Virus record (IMG/VR): IMGVR_UViG_3300011678_000001 | Span: 160,001 to 224,000 of that record | Source: a virus | Taxonomy: Duplodnaviria; Caudoviricetes | DNA: 64,000 nucleotides | Reading direction: 5' to 3' (one strand) | Part shown: positions 1 through 10,193 of the stretch, one piece after another | Position numbering within the stretch: position 1 is the stretch's first letter | Layout: the number at the start of each line of letters is the position of its first letter | Notes under the pieces: generated by a model | Database searches by the model: none | What the model was told of the DNA's origin: nothing | The model's input: the letters and a program-made list of their open reading frames with translations, nothing else | Made by a program: the position numbers and the translations under genes

Positions 1-499
1 CTGGCAGGCCACCACCGACCAAGTACAGGGTCTGTACCAGGTCTGCCAAACCGTCTTCACGGCTCAGCCAGGCGCTCAACACCTCACCAGGGGTTGCTGT
101 GAAGAACCAGCCCAGTGAGCGTTCACGGACCAGTTTCTCTGCATCGGCTTGAGCCACGTCCTTAGGGTGATACACCATCAGGTCGCGGTAGTTCTCCATG
201 GCCATCTTGCGAGGACCACAGCCGTTGATGAAGTCAAGCGTCGAGAGGGTGAAGTCAAGCACCCAGCGTGAGCAGGGTGTCTTAACCTGATGAGCCAGAA
301 CGAATCGGCCGTGACGGGTGAACAGCAGTTGCTTGGCCGCCTTCAGCACGTCTTGCAGGTAATCAAGATCGTGACCGAAGTCATGGGTGGTCTCCATGCG
401 GTGATAGAGCGTGTCTACCAACGGCAAGTCGATGTACCCAGTGGGATGCGACGACTGCGTGTCCACCGAGAACCCACGATGGGTCTTCAGATGGCTCAT
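1..499 (-). CDS. hypothetical/virion protein, truncated by window edge
   Basis: Hand translation: ATG at 499 overlaps the upstream TGA (ATGA); frame open to position 1 (MSHLKTHRGFSVD...LYLVGGGLP). Not in the ORF track. Confidence 0.7.
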   Translation of the reverse strand, partial: MSHLKTHRGFSVDTQSSHPTGYIDLPLVDTLYHRMETTHDFGHDLDYLQDVLKAAKQLLFTRHGRFVLAHQVKTPCSRWVLDFTLSTLDFINGCGPRKMAMENYRDLMVYHPKDVAQADAEKLVRERSLGWFFTATPGEVLSAWLSREDGLADLVQTLYLVGGGLP

Positions 500-1383
500 G
501 CGTACTTCTCCTGCATCTTGGCGATCTTCTCCGCCGTCTTGTTCAGGTACTGCTCGTACTTCTCGATGGTGCGTTCGAGCTGCGCATCGTTCTTGCCTTC
601 GGCTTGAAGACGCAGCTGCTCAAGGCGCAGTTGGATCGAACGGGCATCTTCCTTCAACCGCTCATAACGAGCGACTTGCAGGTGAGCAATCCAAATGCCG
701 ACTGACATGGCCACGTGCGTCACACCCGGAATGAAGTTGTTCTTCAGCGGGTCGAGCTTGGTGTAGCCCACTTGCGGCACGATGATCTTTTCGTCATCAT
801 CACTGATGGTGATGTCCGGGATGGACTCGATCAGGGCGGCGATCTCACGGCTGGGGCGACCGAAGGTGGTGAGCAGCGTCAGGAAGGCTTTCTGGTTTTC
901 ACGCAGGTACGCCAACTCAGGACGTGGACGCTCTTGACCTTCGCCGTGCTCCTTGGAGACCACAGAGGCTTCAGCGACCAAGAGGTAGTGCAGCAGCTGC
1001 ATCGAGTAAGAAACCACGAAGTCCATGTACCCAATCGTGCGCAGCAGTTCCGCGCGCTTGTAGGTAATGCCTTCGATGACGATGTCCTGACCGTAGCTCT
1101 TCTCAGCAATCGCCGAGAGCAGTTCGGTGGTGATCGCCATGTTCGCCAACACCTGACGGATGTAACCGAGCACGGTCATCCTCGGTGGAAGACGAACGAC
1201 CTTGGCCGCTTCGGCTTCGAACTGCTTACCGGCCTTGGACTTGAACGAGGTGACGGTGGTCTCCGCGTTGATGTACGTCTCAATGGCTTTCTGCAGGGCC
1301 TGGGTGTAGACCCGGATGTTTTGTTTCAGTTCATCCTTGGTGAAGGATGCCGCCATACGGCGGAGGTAGTCGAGGATACGCAT
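496..1383 (-). CDS. putative virion structural (head) protein
   Basis: 295 aa with C-terminal coiled coil; lies in the structural block, syntenic with the phiKZ gp89/90 region as recalled. Confidence 0.55.
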   Translation of the reverse strand: MRILDYLRRMAASFTKDELKQNIRVYTQALQKAIETYINAETTVTSFKSKAGKQFEAEAAKVVRLPPRMTVLGYIRQVLANMAITTELLSAIAEKSYGQDIVIEGITYKRAELLRTIGYMDFVVSYSMQLLHYLLVAEASVVSKEHGEGQERPRPELAYLRENQKAFLTLLTTFGRPSREIAALIESIPDITISDDDEKIIVPQVGYTKLDPLKNNFIPGVTHVAMSVGIWIAHLQVARYERLKEDARSIQLRLEQLRLQAEGKNDAQLERTIEKYEQYLNKTAEKIAKMQEKYA

Positions 1384-1411
1384 TTCAGGGGTTCCTTGGA
1401 GTGGGAGTGAA

Positions 1412-2782
1412 TCAGATGCGGCCAGGTGCCTTGCCGAGCTGGTACGACTTCAGAATGTCCATCAGTTCCTTGCTGTCAGACTTGCCAGCGGATTTGATGT
1501 CGTTCTTGGTCAGCTTGGTTGGCATTTCGATACCGCGGGTGTAGATGGTGACCGATTCCCAATCCGGGTCCACAACGATCATCAGCATGCTGAAGGTGTG
1601 GCCGAAGATTCCCTGACGGGTCTTGAAGTTGCTCAGTTGGCCGCTGATGCGACGTTCCAGTTCACCGGCGGTCTTGACATCCATAACGATGATCGACGAC
1701 GCAGTGGCCAGCGACGGGCCTCCAGCGATGGCTTGAGCAGCAGCGTTGTTGGCCGCACGACCGTAGACGGTCTTGTAGTAACCGGTTTCGTCTTTCATCA
1801 TGGCAGCACGGTGTGCATCGACACGGTCCATGGCCAGTACGAAGTCAGCCCAGAACTTGATCTCGCCGGCACGCCAGGCTCTCCAGCGGCTGGAGAAGGT
1901 CGCATCACGACCACCAACTGCCAGGGTCTCGCCCAGGACGTCAGACGGCATGGCTGCGACACGCAGACGGATGGTGACCGGAATGGTGACTTCTTTACCG
2001 TCTTCGCTGATGGTCACGTCAATGACGTTACCCACGGCCAGGTTGTTGACTTTCTCAACGTACTTGGCAGCGTTGGAGATCTGAGCGCCTGCTTTGCCCG
2101 AACCTTTGTTAGCCGCTTCTTCGCGTTTGCGATCGGCTTCATCAGCTTGCTTCTGACGGCGTTCGTTTACGGCACGGTCAGCCTTCTTCTCAGCTTCCGA
2201 GCGGGTGTCGTCATCATCGTCGCCAATGACATCAGCATAGATGGAGGCGGCAGCCATGTCGCCGTCGTTGACCGCTTCCATCGACGCTTGTTCGGCGAGG
2301 ATGTCTTCGATGAACGGCAGACCGAATCCTTCAGCCGAGGCTGCGATGGATTCCATGGAACTGGTCAGCATGGTCATGGTGGCTTCGTTCAGATCACGGT
2401 CAGTGGCGAACTTGTCCAGACGACGGCCAACGGAGACGTCATTGATCTTGGCGTCCAGCGAGACAGCCAAAAGCCAGTACCCGGTGAACATGTTGTACGC
2501 GGTGTGGACCACATCCTGAATGAACGGAATGTTAACGGCGCGCTTGTCCATCAACATAATGGGCTCAATCCGCGCAGATTGTGTGAAGCGTACCAAGTCC
2601 CCGGCTTGAGTGGCGGCCAGTGCTTCTTTGGATTTCTTGACCACTTCCCCGGCAGTTTCCTTACCAAGCTTGGCCACGATCGCTTTGGCGATTTGGGGTG
2701 AATAAACCGCCAAGAGACCAGCGCCGACCTTAAGTGCGGTGCCGAGCATCTCCTGGGATACAACTTTATTGTTCATGAACAT
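1412..2782 (-). CDS. putative internal head protein
   Basis: 456 aa; S-M-E motifs (SSMES, ASMEA) resemble phiKZ prohead-protease sites; synteny. Confidence 0.6.
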   Translation of the reverse strand: MFMNNKVVSQEMLGTALKVGAGLLAVYSPQIAKAIVAKLGKETAGEVVKKSKEALAATQAGDLVRFTQSARIEPIMLMDKRAVNIPFIQDVVHTAYNMFTGYWLLAVSLDAKINDVSVGRRLDKFATDRDLNEATMTMLTSSMESIAASAEGFGLPFIEDILAEQASMEAVNDGDMAAASIYADVIGDDDDDTRSEAEKKADRAVNERRQKQADEADRKREEAANKGSGKAGAQISNAAKYVEKVNNLAVGNVIDVTISEDGKEVTIPVTIRLRVAAMPSDVLGETLAVGGRDATFSSRWRAWRAGEIKFWADFVLAMDRVDAHRAAMMKDETGYYKTVYGRAANNAAAQAIAGGPSLATASSIIVMDVKTAGELERRISGQLSNFKTRQGIFGHTFSMLMIVVDPDWESVTIYTRGIEMPTKLTKNDIKSAGKSDSKELMDILKSYQLGKAPGRI

Positions 2783-2809
2783 TTCCCTTCATTAAAGGCG
2801 TGGTAACAA

Positions 2810-3967
2810 ATGAGCGAGGAATTTAAACTAATGAAACAAGTGCTTGACGTGATCGCCAAGCACGGAGGTTTCGACAGTGACGATGCAGTGATGCGGCGTC
2901 TGACTCGCGAGCAGGGAACCGGTGCCTTGGGCGCGCGCTTCCATGATCTGCTCGGCGGGTTTAACCGCACACAACAAGGGTCTGCAGTGCCAGCGAATAC
3001 TGACATGCAGGGGCTTACGTTTTTCACACGCCCGAATTTGAACCTGTCATACGATAACGTAATGGCAGTGCGACAATTGTCCGTTTTGGCCAGTGATAAC
3101 CCAAGGTCGTACAACCGAATCATCCGTCGGATGCTCTGGCCAGATAGCCAGAACTACGACAACGCCACCAAAGGTGACAACGTCATTTTCGACAACCGGC
3201 ATGCGTTCATGCCATTGCTGAGCAACGCCTTGACGAACATGTCCGGGTGGCCAGACCTGACCCTTCATGCCTACAGTTCTAACGAAGGCATGGCGAAAGA
3301 AGTCTGGATGATGAACGACACCATTGCCGAGATCAACGGTCGATTCGAATTGGACTGCACCTTCGAAAATACCCTAGGCGATCCTATATCATTGACGTTG
3401 TTTACGTGGCTCCTCTACATCGGGGGCGTGTACCTGGGCACGAAGATTCAGCCAGCTGGCTACAGCATCGTGCAAAACGAAATCGACTACATGACGCGCA
3501 TCTACCGATTCTCAATGGATTGGTCGGGTCGGTTTATTCAAAAATGGGCGGCCTGTGGTGCAGCCTTTCCGGTCGGTTTGTCCATGGGTACCTCGTTCAA
3601 CTACAGTCGAGACAACCCGTACAACGAAGCCAACAAATCGGTCCAGACATCCTTTGCCTGTACCATAGCTGAATACAACGACCCCATCACCTTGTGGGAG
3701 TTCAACAAGCTGGTGGTGATGTTCAACCCCAGCATGGGCGACGGTCGGCGGGAAAAGGAAATGGTCAAGTGCGACCCTGAAGAGCGCAAGCTGTTTAACT
3801 ACAAAGGGTTCCCGTGGATCAACCTCATGGGCAACAACGAATTGGAGTGGTGGGTCGATCGGTCAGAGTACGCCAGTGTCGTCAAAGGCGACCTGAAGCC
3901 TGGCACCGTCACCACCCTCAGCGCCCTTAACACCACCGGTCCAACCGACGGAACCGTGATCGTTTAA
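2810..3967 (+). CDS. putative virion tail/baseplate protein
   Basis: 385 aa, divergent from the head genes and co-oriented with the 973-aa gene; typical phiKZ-like arrangement. Confidence 0.55.
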   Translation: MSEEFKLMKQVLDVIAKHGGFDSDDAVMRRLTREQGTGALGARFHDLLGGFNRTQQGSAVPANTDMQGLTFFTRPNLNLSYDNVMAVRQLSVLASDNPRSYNRIIRRMLWPDSQNYDNATKGDNVIFDNRHAFMPLLSNALTNMSGWPDLTLHAYSSNEGMAKEVWMMNDTIAEINGRFELDCTFENTLGDPISLTLFTWLLYIGGVYLGTKIQPAGYSIVQNEIDYMTRIYRFSMDWSGRFIQKWAACGAAFPVGLSMGTSFNYSRDNPYNEANKSVQTSFACTIAEYNDPITLWEFNKLVVMFNPSMGDGRREKEMVKCDPEERKLFNYKGFPWINLMGNNELEWWVDRSEYASVVKGDLKPGTVTTLSALNTTGPTDGTVIV

Positions 3968-3977
3968 TCTGGAGTCA

Positions 3978-6899
3978 GTGATGTCAAGAACAGACCTTAA
4001 TGGCCTGATTGAAGCAGCCAAGCTAAACCCCATGGCTGTCCAACGGGCCGGGATCGAATACCTCGAAGCCGTGTACAACGGCGAAGTCGAGATCGTCGAT
4101 GCCAGTAACGCCTTTGTCTACCTCATGGAAATGGGCGCGACCATGTTCACCAACCTGGCCCGTAAGGACGAGTTCCTTAATCGGGTGCAGTACCCTGAAC
4201 TGGCCATGACCCGTGAAGAACTGTACCGGCACATGAGCAACGTCGATTACATCAACGTCTTCTCAAGCCCTTCGGTAGCCCCGCTGTTGTTGGTCTACAG
4301 CATGACTGAAGTGCTGGAGAAAGCCGTCGAGACGGGCAATGCCGGTGTCCGGAAGCTGGTCATTCCCCGCCATACCAAAATCATGGCCGGTGATGTACCC
4401 TTCACGTTGCAGTACCCCATTGAAATTCGGGTGTTGCCGCATGGTGGGTTGCAGGTGGTGTACGACAACAGCCGTCCTTCACCGTTGCATCCGCTTGAGA
4501 GCAACAACGTTCACTGGAAGACGGTCAATTACAACATCGGTCGTGAAGACTTCATTCAACTGGAAGTGCCCACTCAGCAGATTGAGATCAAGAACTACAC
4601 CGCAGCCCTGTCGGCGTCCAAGGTCTTTAACAAGTCCTACGCCTACACCGATCAGTTCTACTACTGCCGTGTGTACGCAAGCGACGGCAAAGGTGGCTGG
4701 ACTGAAATCAAGACCACTCACAGCGATCAGGTCTTTGATCCCAATACCCCAACCGCGGTCCTGCAGTTGCTCGATGACAATCAACTGAACGTCTCGATCC
4801 CGCAGGTCTACTACAGCACCGGGCTGGTCAACCGCACCTTGCGCATTGACATCTACACCACCCGTGGGGCACTGGAGCTGGCGCTACAAGGCTTCAGCAC
4901 CGACATGTTCAAAGCGACCTACATGGACTACGACAACGATGACAATGGCCGTTACACAAGCCCTGTGTCGCGTCTGGTCACGGGTTACTTCATGTCTGCA
5001 GGCCCAGCAACTGGAGGGTCCAATGCCATTGGGTTTAACAAGCTCAAGGAGCGGGTGATTCACAACGCCCTGGGCAACATTGACCTGCCGATCACCAACG
5101 TGCAGATTCAGTCGCAGCTTGACCTGTTGACCGACGTCGGGTTCAGTTGTGTGACAGATGTGGACAACGTGACCAACCGCCTCTACGCGGCCAGTCGTGA
5201 ATTGCCTACGCCGGACATCAAGGAGATCTCCAGCGGCATTGGCGCCAACGTCATCGCCCTGTCCAAGACCATCGATCAGCTGCTCGCTTCGGCTGACGTC
5301 ATGAACAATGGCCAGCGGATCACCCTGCTGCCGTCGAACCTGTACCGGGACGAAGGCGGCTACCTGTCGGTGGTGGATAAGGAATCCCGTAACGCCCTGC
5401 TCAGTTTGTCCAGCGATGTCCTGATCGAGCAAGTGACCAACGGCAACTACTTCTACACCCCGTTCCATTACGTCTACGATGTGACGGACGATGTGTTCAG
5501 TGTGCGACCGTACTACTTCGGCTCGCCTGAGTTGTCGCAGCGGTTCTTCGTCATGGACAACGGCACCATGGGCGTTGGGGTCAACTCGAACAGTCACAAG
5601 TTTGCGCGCACTGACACGGGCTGGGTCTTGACCGTCATGACCAACAGCACCGATTCGTTGAAGACGCTGGATGACGATGGGTTGGTGGCACAGATTGCGT
5701 TCATTCCAGCCGGTGAATTGTCACGGGTATACTTGAACGGTACCTTGCTTGGACGTGACCCTAAAACCAAGGAATGGATCTTTGAGTTTCGGTTCAATTC
5801 CACCTGGGATGTGGACAAAGCCAACCGCGTCTACCTCGATGGGTTTGAAGCAGACGGCATTTCCCCTCACGCCTACCCGGCTGAGATGGACACGGTCTTT
5901 GACCTGTTCTACGGTGTACGCACTGAACTGGTGGACGTGGGTGAAGAAACGCAAATTGACCAAAACCTGGGCAAGTTCAAGTACGCCGATGCCATCACGG
6001 GTCTGTACCATGAACAAGTCACCCTGACCCTTGGCAACGTCCTAGACGGTTTGTGGGCGAGGGCACGGTCAACTGTAGGGGAAGAGCATTACCTGCGCCA
6101 TGACGTAGATGTCCCACTGACCTACACCACCAACGTACCTGCCCGTAACCCGGAAACAGGTGCGGTGATGATTGCTTACGACGAGGCTGGCAAACCCAGC
6201 ATTGTCTACGAGCATCGGGCAGGTGATGTGGTCATGGAAGGCGACAACATGGTCTACCTGCATCGTCGGGGCGACATCGTGTTGCACAACGGCGCACCGG
6301 TTGTGGTCAACCCTCGTTCTATCCTGCGGCAAGTCGAGCTGTGCTTGTTCGATGGCACCTACTACTTCGTCACCAACGAAACGGACCTGGCGTACCGCGA
6401 CAGTGTACCGGATCAGGTGGTCGAGTGGGTCAATGTCACCCTCAAGCCGATCCGCAACAAGCTCTTGGAGAAGACCAAACTCTGGTTCCATCCGAAAGCC
6501 ACCGTGGGTTTGATCAATGCATTGGTCGATGACAGCTTGGCCGTGTCTATCCAGGCGGCTCAGCACCTGACGGTGGAGTACTTCGTGTCCTCCTTGGTCT
6601 ATCGTGATGAAGCCCTCAAGGAAGAGCTGCGCAAGAGCACTCGCAAGGCCATCACCAAGGCCTTCAAAGAACCGCAAGTGACCCGCAACGGGCTCGAGAC
6701 GGCACTCAAAGACGTGATGGGCGCTGACATCCTCGGCGTGACCATTTCGGATCTGGGCGGCCCGCGGAACTACAGCGTCATCTCCATGGCAGATGAGTCC
6801 TCGCGACTGTGCATCGGCAAGAAGCTGGTTCAGTTGCCTAACGGTACCTACGGCGTGGAAGACAGCATCACCATCGAGTTCGTCAAGCACTCGGTCTAA
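3978..6899 (+). CDS. putative baseplate/virion structural protein
   Basis: 973 aa, beta-rich; GPATGGSNA...LKERVI segment resembles baseplate J/wedge proteins. Confidence 0.6.
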   Translation: MMSRTDLNGLIEAAKLNPMAVQRAGIEYLEAVYNGEVEIVDASNAFVYLMEMGATMFTNLARKDEFLNRVQYPELAMTREELYRHMSNVDYINVFSSPSVAPLLLVYSMTEVLEKAVETGNAGVRKLVIPRHTKIMAGDVPFTLQYPIEIRVLPHGGLQVVYDNSRPSPLHPLESNNVHWKTVNYNIGREDFIQLEVPTQQIEIKNYTAALSASKVFNKSYAYTDQFYYCRVYASDGKGGWTEIKTTHSDQVFDPNTPTAVLQLLDDNQLNVSIPQVYYSTGLVNRTLRIDIYTTRGALELALQGFSTDMFKATYMDYDNDDNGRYTSPVSRLVTGYFMSAGPATGGSNAIGFNKLKERVIHNALGNIDLPITNVQIQSQLDLLTDVGFSCVTDVDNVTNRLYAASRELPTPDIKEISSGIGANVIALSKTIDQLLASADVMNNGQRITLLPSNLYRDEGGYLSVVDKESRNALLSLSSDVLIEQVTNGNYFYTPFHYVYDVTDDVFSVRPYYFGSPELSQRFFVMDNGTMGVGVNSNSHKFARTDTGWVLTVMTNSTDSLKTLDDDGLVAQIAFIPAGELSRVYLNGTLLGRDPKTKEWIFEFRFNSTWDVDKANRVYLDGFEADGISPHAYPAEMDTVFDLFYGVRTELVDVGEETQIDQNLGKFKYADAITGLYHEQVTLTLGNVLDGLWARARSTVGEEHYLRHDVDVPLTYTTNVPARNPETGAVMIAYDEAGKPSIVYEHRAGDVVMEGDNMVYLHRRGDIVLHNGAPVVVNPRSILRQVELCLFDGTYYFVTNETDLAYRDSVPDQVVEWVNVTLKPIRNKLLEKTKLWFHPKATVGLINALVDDSLAVSIQAAQHLTVEYFVSSLVYRDEALKEELRKSTRKAITKAFKEPQVTRNGLETALKDVMGADILGVTISDLGGPRNYSVISMADESSRLCIGKKLVQLPNGTYGVEDSITIEFVKHSV

Positions 6900-6908
6900 C
6901 GGCATAAG

Positions 6909-6928
6909 GGGAGGGCTCAGGCCCTCCC
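6909..6928. terminator. hairpin between convergent genes
   Basis: GGGAGGGC-TCAG-GCCCTCCC. Confidence 0.7.
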
Positions 6929-6939
6929 TCTATGTTGTC

Positions 6940-8232
6940 TTACTGGACGCGGTACTGATGGATCAGCTTAGCGATGCGGCCAACGTGTAGGTTGATGTCG
7001 CACTGCACCCGGTGAGAAAACATCACCACGGAGTTCATAATCTGCAGGAAGGTAGCGCGTTCCTGAGCCTTTTGCAGTTCGCTCTCATCGAGTTTGGAGC
7101 TGACCAGCCGCTCAAACTTGTTGAGCTGATCCTCGATATGACGCAGCAGCGATGTGGTCTTCGGTGCCGGGTCTATTACCGCTTTGCGATACTTACTTAG
7201 GCCATCGGCCATCTTGTTAAGGCATTCAAAACCGTCACGCTTGGTCACCAAGTCGAAGGTCCTACCTGACTTGAGGAACAGACGTTGCGTGTCTGACAAG
7301 GCCGTCCGGATGACCGAAGCGTTCTGGTTCATGCGCGCCGAGCCGCGGGACTCACCCAGAGGGACAGCGTCCAGGTTGATGCTGAGTTTGCGATCATTCA
7401 TCTCGGAAACGATGTCCTCGATTCGATTAAAGAACCGCACTGCGTCTTGGCTTTTCAAGGCGTCACCGCAAGCAACCAGTAGCGCATCGCAGTTCGAACT
7501 CATCTTGCCCAATATATCGTCTTCGAAGAACCGAATATAGAGGTCCGGGATCGCAAGAGACAATTCCTCGCGGGCGACGTTGATCACTTTCTCGGCGGCT
7601 TCTACATCAGAGGCGCTATTGGCTTCAGTCACGGCCTTGGTGACGAGCGGCGCTGGCTTGTCAACAGGTTTCTCCGTCTGCCGACGGATAGCCTCGATCA
7701 GGGCAGCTTGAGTGACAGGCCTGTGATCTTTGATAACCAGGGTAGCGGCAGCCTTGGCTTGAGCAGCAACAACCGAATTACCGCGAAGCAGGCCCTTAAG
7801 CTCCTTGGCTTTCTCGCGGACGAACTGGATAATGCGCTTGATGGCCTCGATCACCGCTTTGACGATGTTGCCCACAATCCCTTCCATCGCAGGCTTGTAA
7901 TTCACCTTAGACGGCAGCTCAGTGAAGCTAGCGAGCGGCATGTTGTTAAAAGTGGTGTCGAAGCCTTCCATGGAAGCACTCATGGACATGATCGACTGAG
8001 CATCGGCTCGTGAGATCGACCCGGCTTCTTGAAGATCATTAACGATACCCATCAGGCTTTCCAGCGCAGGGGCAATGAGTTCTTCAGGCAGTTCGCCGTC
8101 TTCGACCTGAACGATGGTCTGTTCAACGGCATCGAGGTCTCCAAGCAGTTCTTCAAGCGACGCGCTGTCGATCTGCGCGAGTTGTTCTTCAGTCAGGTCT
8201 TCGTTGGTGTCTTCAGGGAGGTCGTTCTGCAC
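6940..8232 (-). CDS. putative internal head protein with acidic propeptide
   Basis: 430 aa; acidic N-terminus with ALE/SME/AME cleavage-like motifs. Confidence 0.6.
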   Translation of the reverse strand: MQNDLPEDTNEDLTEEQLAQIDSASLEELLGDLDAVEQTIVQVEDGELPEELIAPALESLMGIVNDLQEAGSISRADAQSIMSMSASMEGFDTTFNNMPLASFTELPSKVNYKPAMEGIVGNIVKAVIEAIKRIIQFVREKAKELKGLLRGNSVVAAQAKAAATLVIKDHRPVTQAALIEAIRRQTEKPVDKPAPLVTKAVTEANSASDVEAAEKVINVAREELSLAIPDLYIRFFEDDILGKMSSNCDALLVACGDALKSQDAVRFFNRIEDIVSEMNDRKLSINLDAVPLGESRGSARMNQNASVIRTALSDTQRLFLKSGRTFDLVTKRDGFECLNKMADGLSKYRKAVIDPAPKTTSLLRHIEDQLNKFERLVSSKLDESELQKAQERATFLQIMNSVVMFSHRVQCDINLHVGRIAKLIHQYRVQ

Positions 8233-8292
8233 GATAAAATCCTCAGGGATAGATGGTAGATGAGGGACCTGAGTCCCTCATCGTACAGGCGC

Positions 8293-8724
8293 TTAGACCA
8301 CGAAGCGGCGAACGAACTCAGCAAGGTCAGAACGCAGCAGGTTGCCGTAACCCTGAGTCAGGACTTTGGCATGGACCGCGTCAACGGTCTGTTCGAACGC
8401 AGGGCGGGACAACTGAGCGCAGATGTCTTCACACGTCAGTTCACTCGGCACGTGGCAGAGGACGTAACGGTTGCGGTACACGTCGACGACCATGTTGTAG
8501 GTCACGTTGACGGAGAACGGGTAGAGGTTGTTCAGCTCGCCGATGACCTTCTTGGCGGCATCTGCATGGAACTGGTCGAAGTGAGCGACCACCGAATCCA
8601 CTGGTGTGGTCGGCAGAGCGAACGCGTAACCGAGTTCGATGGCCAGGGCCGTTTCAAGGAACGGTTTGCGCAGGTCGGCAGACGGGCAGGATTCGAGCAG
8701 TTGGAGTAGGCGATTCAGTTTCAT
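8293..8724 (-). CDS. hypothetical protein
   Basis: 143 aa, tightly packed in the minus-strand operon. Confidence 0.65.
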   Translation of the reverse strand: MKLNRLLQLLESCPSADLRKPFLETALAIELGYAFALPTTPVDSVVAHFDQFHADAAKKVIGELNNLYPFSVNVTYNMVVDVYRNRYVLCHVPSELTCEDICAQLSRPAFEQTVDAVHAKVLTQGYGNLLRSDLAEFVRRFVV

Positions 8725-8729
8725 GGTAA

Positions 8730-10103
8730 TTACACCGATTGCAGTTTGTTGGAGAGTTCGAAGAGACGGTTGTTCGCCAGCTCTTCCAGTTGGCGTTGGA
8801 ATTTCTGTTCAGCCGGACGACCGTTGAAGATACCCCGGAACCATTCCCCGACCAAAGCCGGACCGAAGTAGTGCTTGTGGGTCAGGGTGTTGACCACATC
8901 GTCAATGGCTTGAATCTGATCGACGAGCAGACGGCGTTGCTCGGTGGAAATGCTCTGGTCTTTCGACGAGGCAATGAGCTCACGCCGCATGGCACGATAA
9001 CGATGTTCGATCGGGTCGTATACGCCGAAGTCACCGCCAGAGAGCAGTACCAACAGCACACCGACCGCACCACCAATGATCAATGCCGGGGTCATCGCTG
9101 CCGCACCCGCACCGACGGCCAGGGTATATGCCCAAGCGCCGACAGAAAGACCGGTGAAGACATGGGTCGACCACTGGGCCAGAGAGGCCAGGTAGTTACC
9201 CATCCGACCGCGGTATTCAGTGATGTATTTCGGGTAGCACTTGTACATGATGTCCAAAGACTGAACGATCAGGTGTGCACCCCCGTGACGTGCCACGAAC
9301 TGGTCAGAGCTGAACTCAAATGCACGGCGGTCGTAGAACTTAGTGCCAAGCTCTGAACGAATACTTTCAACCGCGCCTGCCATGACGATCTGCTGGACAA
9401 CGAGCGGATCGGTTTTGGCGTTGATCTCGCCCAGGTCACGGAGACGCCAGCCAGTTTTCTGCTCAGCGACCCGGACCACTTCTTGGACCACCTTATCGCT
9501 CTCGCTTTCATGCTGCTTCTTGACAATCTCAGAGAGCACCACGTTCGAGAGGGTCAGCTTGCCCAGATAGCGTAGATAGGTGAACGCGTGTCCCATCTCA
9601 TGGACCAAGATGGCGGCGATGTGCTCAGCCTGAATGGCTTTGAGCGCTGGCATGGTGAAGAACTCGATGGCCAGGAAGATGTCAATCGGGATGTCAGCGT
9701 AGATACCCGAGACCTTACCGGTTTTGAGGTTGACTTCACCTTTGAACAGTTCTTGTTCGGACACCGGGCGCCCTAGACGACTGACCGTCTGTGCCACGTA
9801 GTCTGACGTCATGGGGTTGGAGGCGTTGCTGGAGCTCGGCGGGAACACAAATGCATCGGGTCCACCGGCACGGATGAAGTTGAACTTGAACGTCATCCCC
9901 GTGTGACGTTTGGCAATCGAGCTCATCGCCGTGCTGATTTTGTTGAAGGTGTCCTTGGAAGGGTCCTTCAGGGCGCTGGCCAGCTGCAGCGCCAGCTCAG
10001 GGATGAGCTTGGAATCTCGCTGGAAGTCGATTGCTTCCATCGAGGCGATAAGTACTTTGTTCATAGATGGTCTCATGATATTCAAGTTGGCGTGAAGAAC
10101 CAA
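8730..10103 (-). CDS. virion protein with zincin HExxH motif and hydrophobic segments
   Basis: AILVHEMGH, downstream EFSSDQF (ExxxD-like), two hydrophobic helices, ASME near the N-terminus; true start probably an internal Met. Confidence 0.6.
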   Translation of the reverse strand: MVLHANLNIMRPSMNKVLIASMEAIDFQRDSKLIPELALQLASALKDPSKDTFNKISTAMSSIAKRHTGMTFKFNFIRAGGPDAFVFPPSSSNASNPMTSDYVAQTVSRLGRPVSEQELFKGEVNLKTGKVSGIYADIPIDIFLAIEFFTMPALKAIQAEHIAAILVHEMGHAFTYLRYLGKLTLSNVVLSEIVKKQHESESDKVVQEVVRVAEQKTGWRLRDLGEINAKTDPLVVQQIVMAGAVESIRSELGTKFYDRRAFEFSSDQFVARHGGAHLIVQSLDIMYKCYPKYITEYRGRMGNYLASLAQWSTHVFTGLSVGAWAYTLAVGAGAAAMTPALIIGGAVGVLLVLLSGGDFGVYDPIEHRYRAMRRELIASSKDQSISTEQRRLLVDQIQAIDDVVNTLTHKHYFGPALVGEWFRGIFNGRPAEQKFQRQLEELANNRLFELSNKLQSV

Positions 10104-10104
10104 T

Positions 10105-10127
10105 CATAGAGATTGGCGTAAATTCTT
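10105..10127 (-). promoter_or_regulatory. putative nvRNAP (middle/late) promoter
   Basis: AAGAATTTAC-N9-TATG upstream of the head gene; same spacing at 22399-22421. Confidence 0.45.
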
Positions 10128-10193
10128 ACTTGGCGTATATATCTCTTTGACAAAGAGAAGAACTCTCCACCGCTTAACCACAGGACACCCCTC

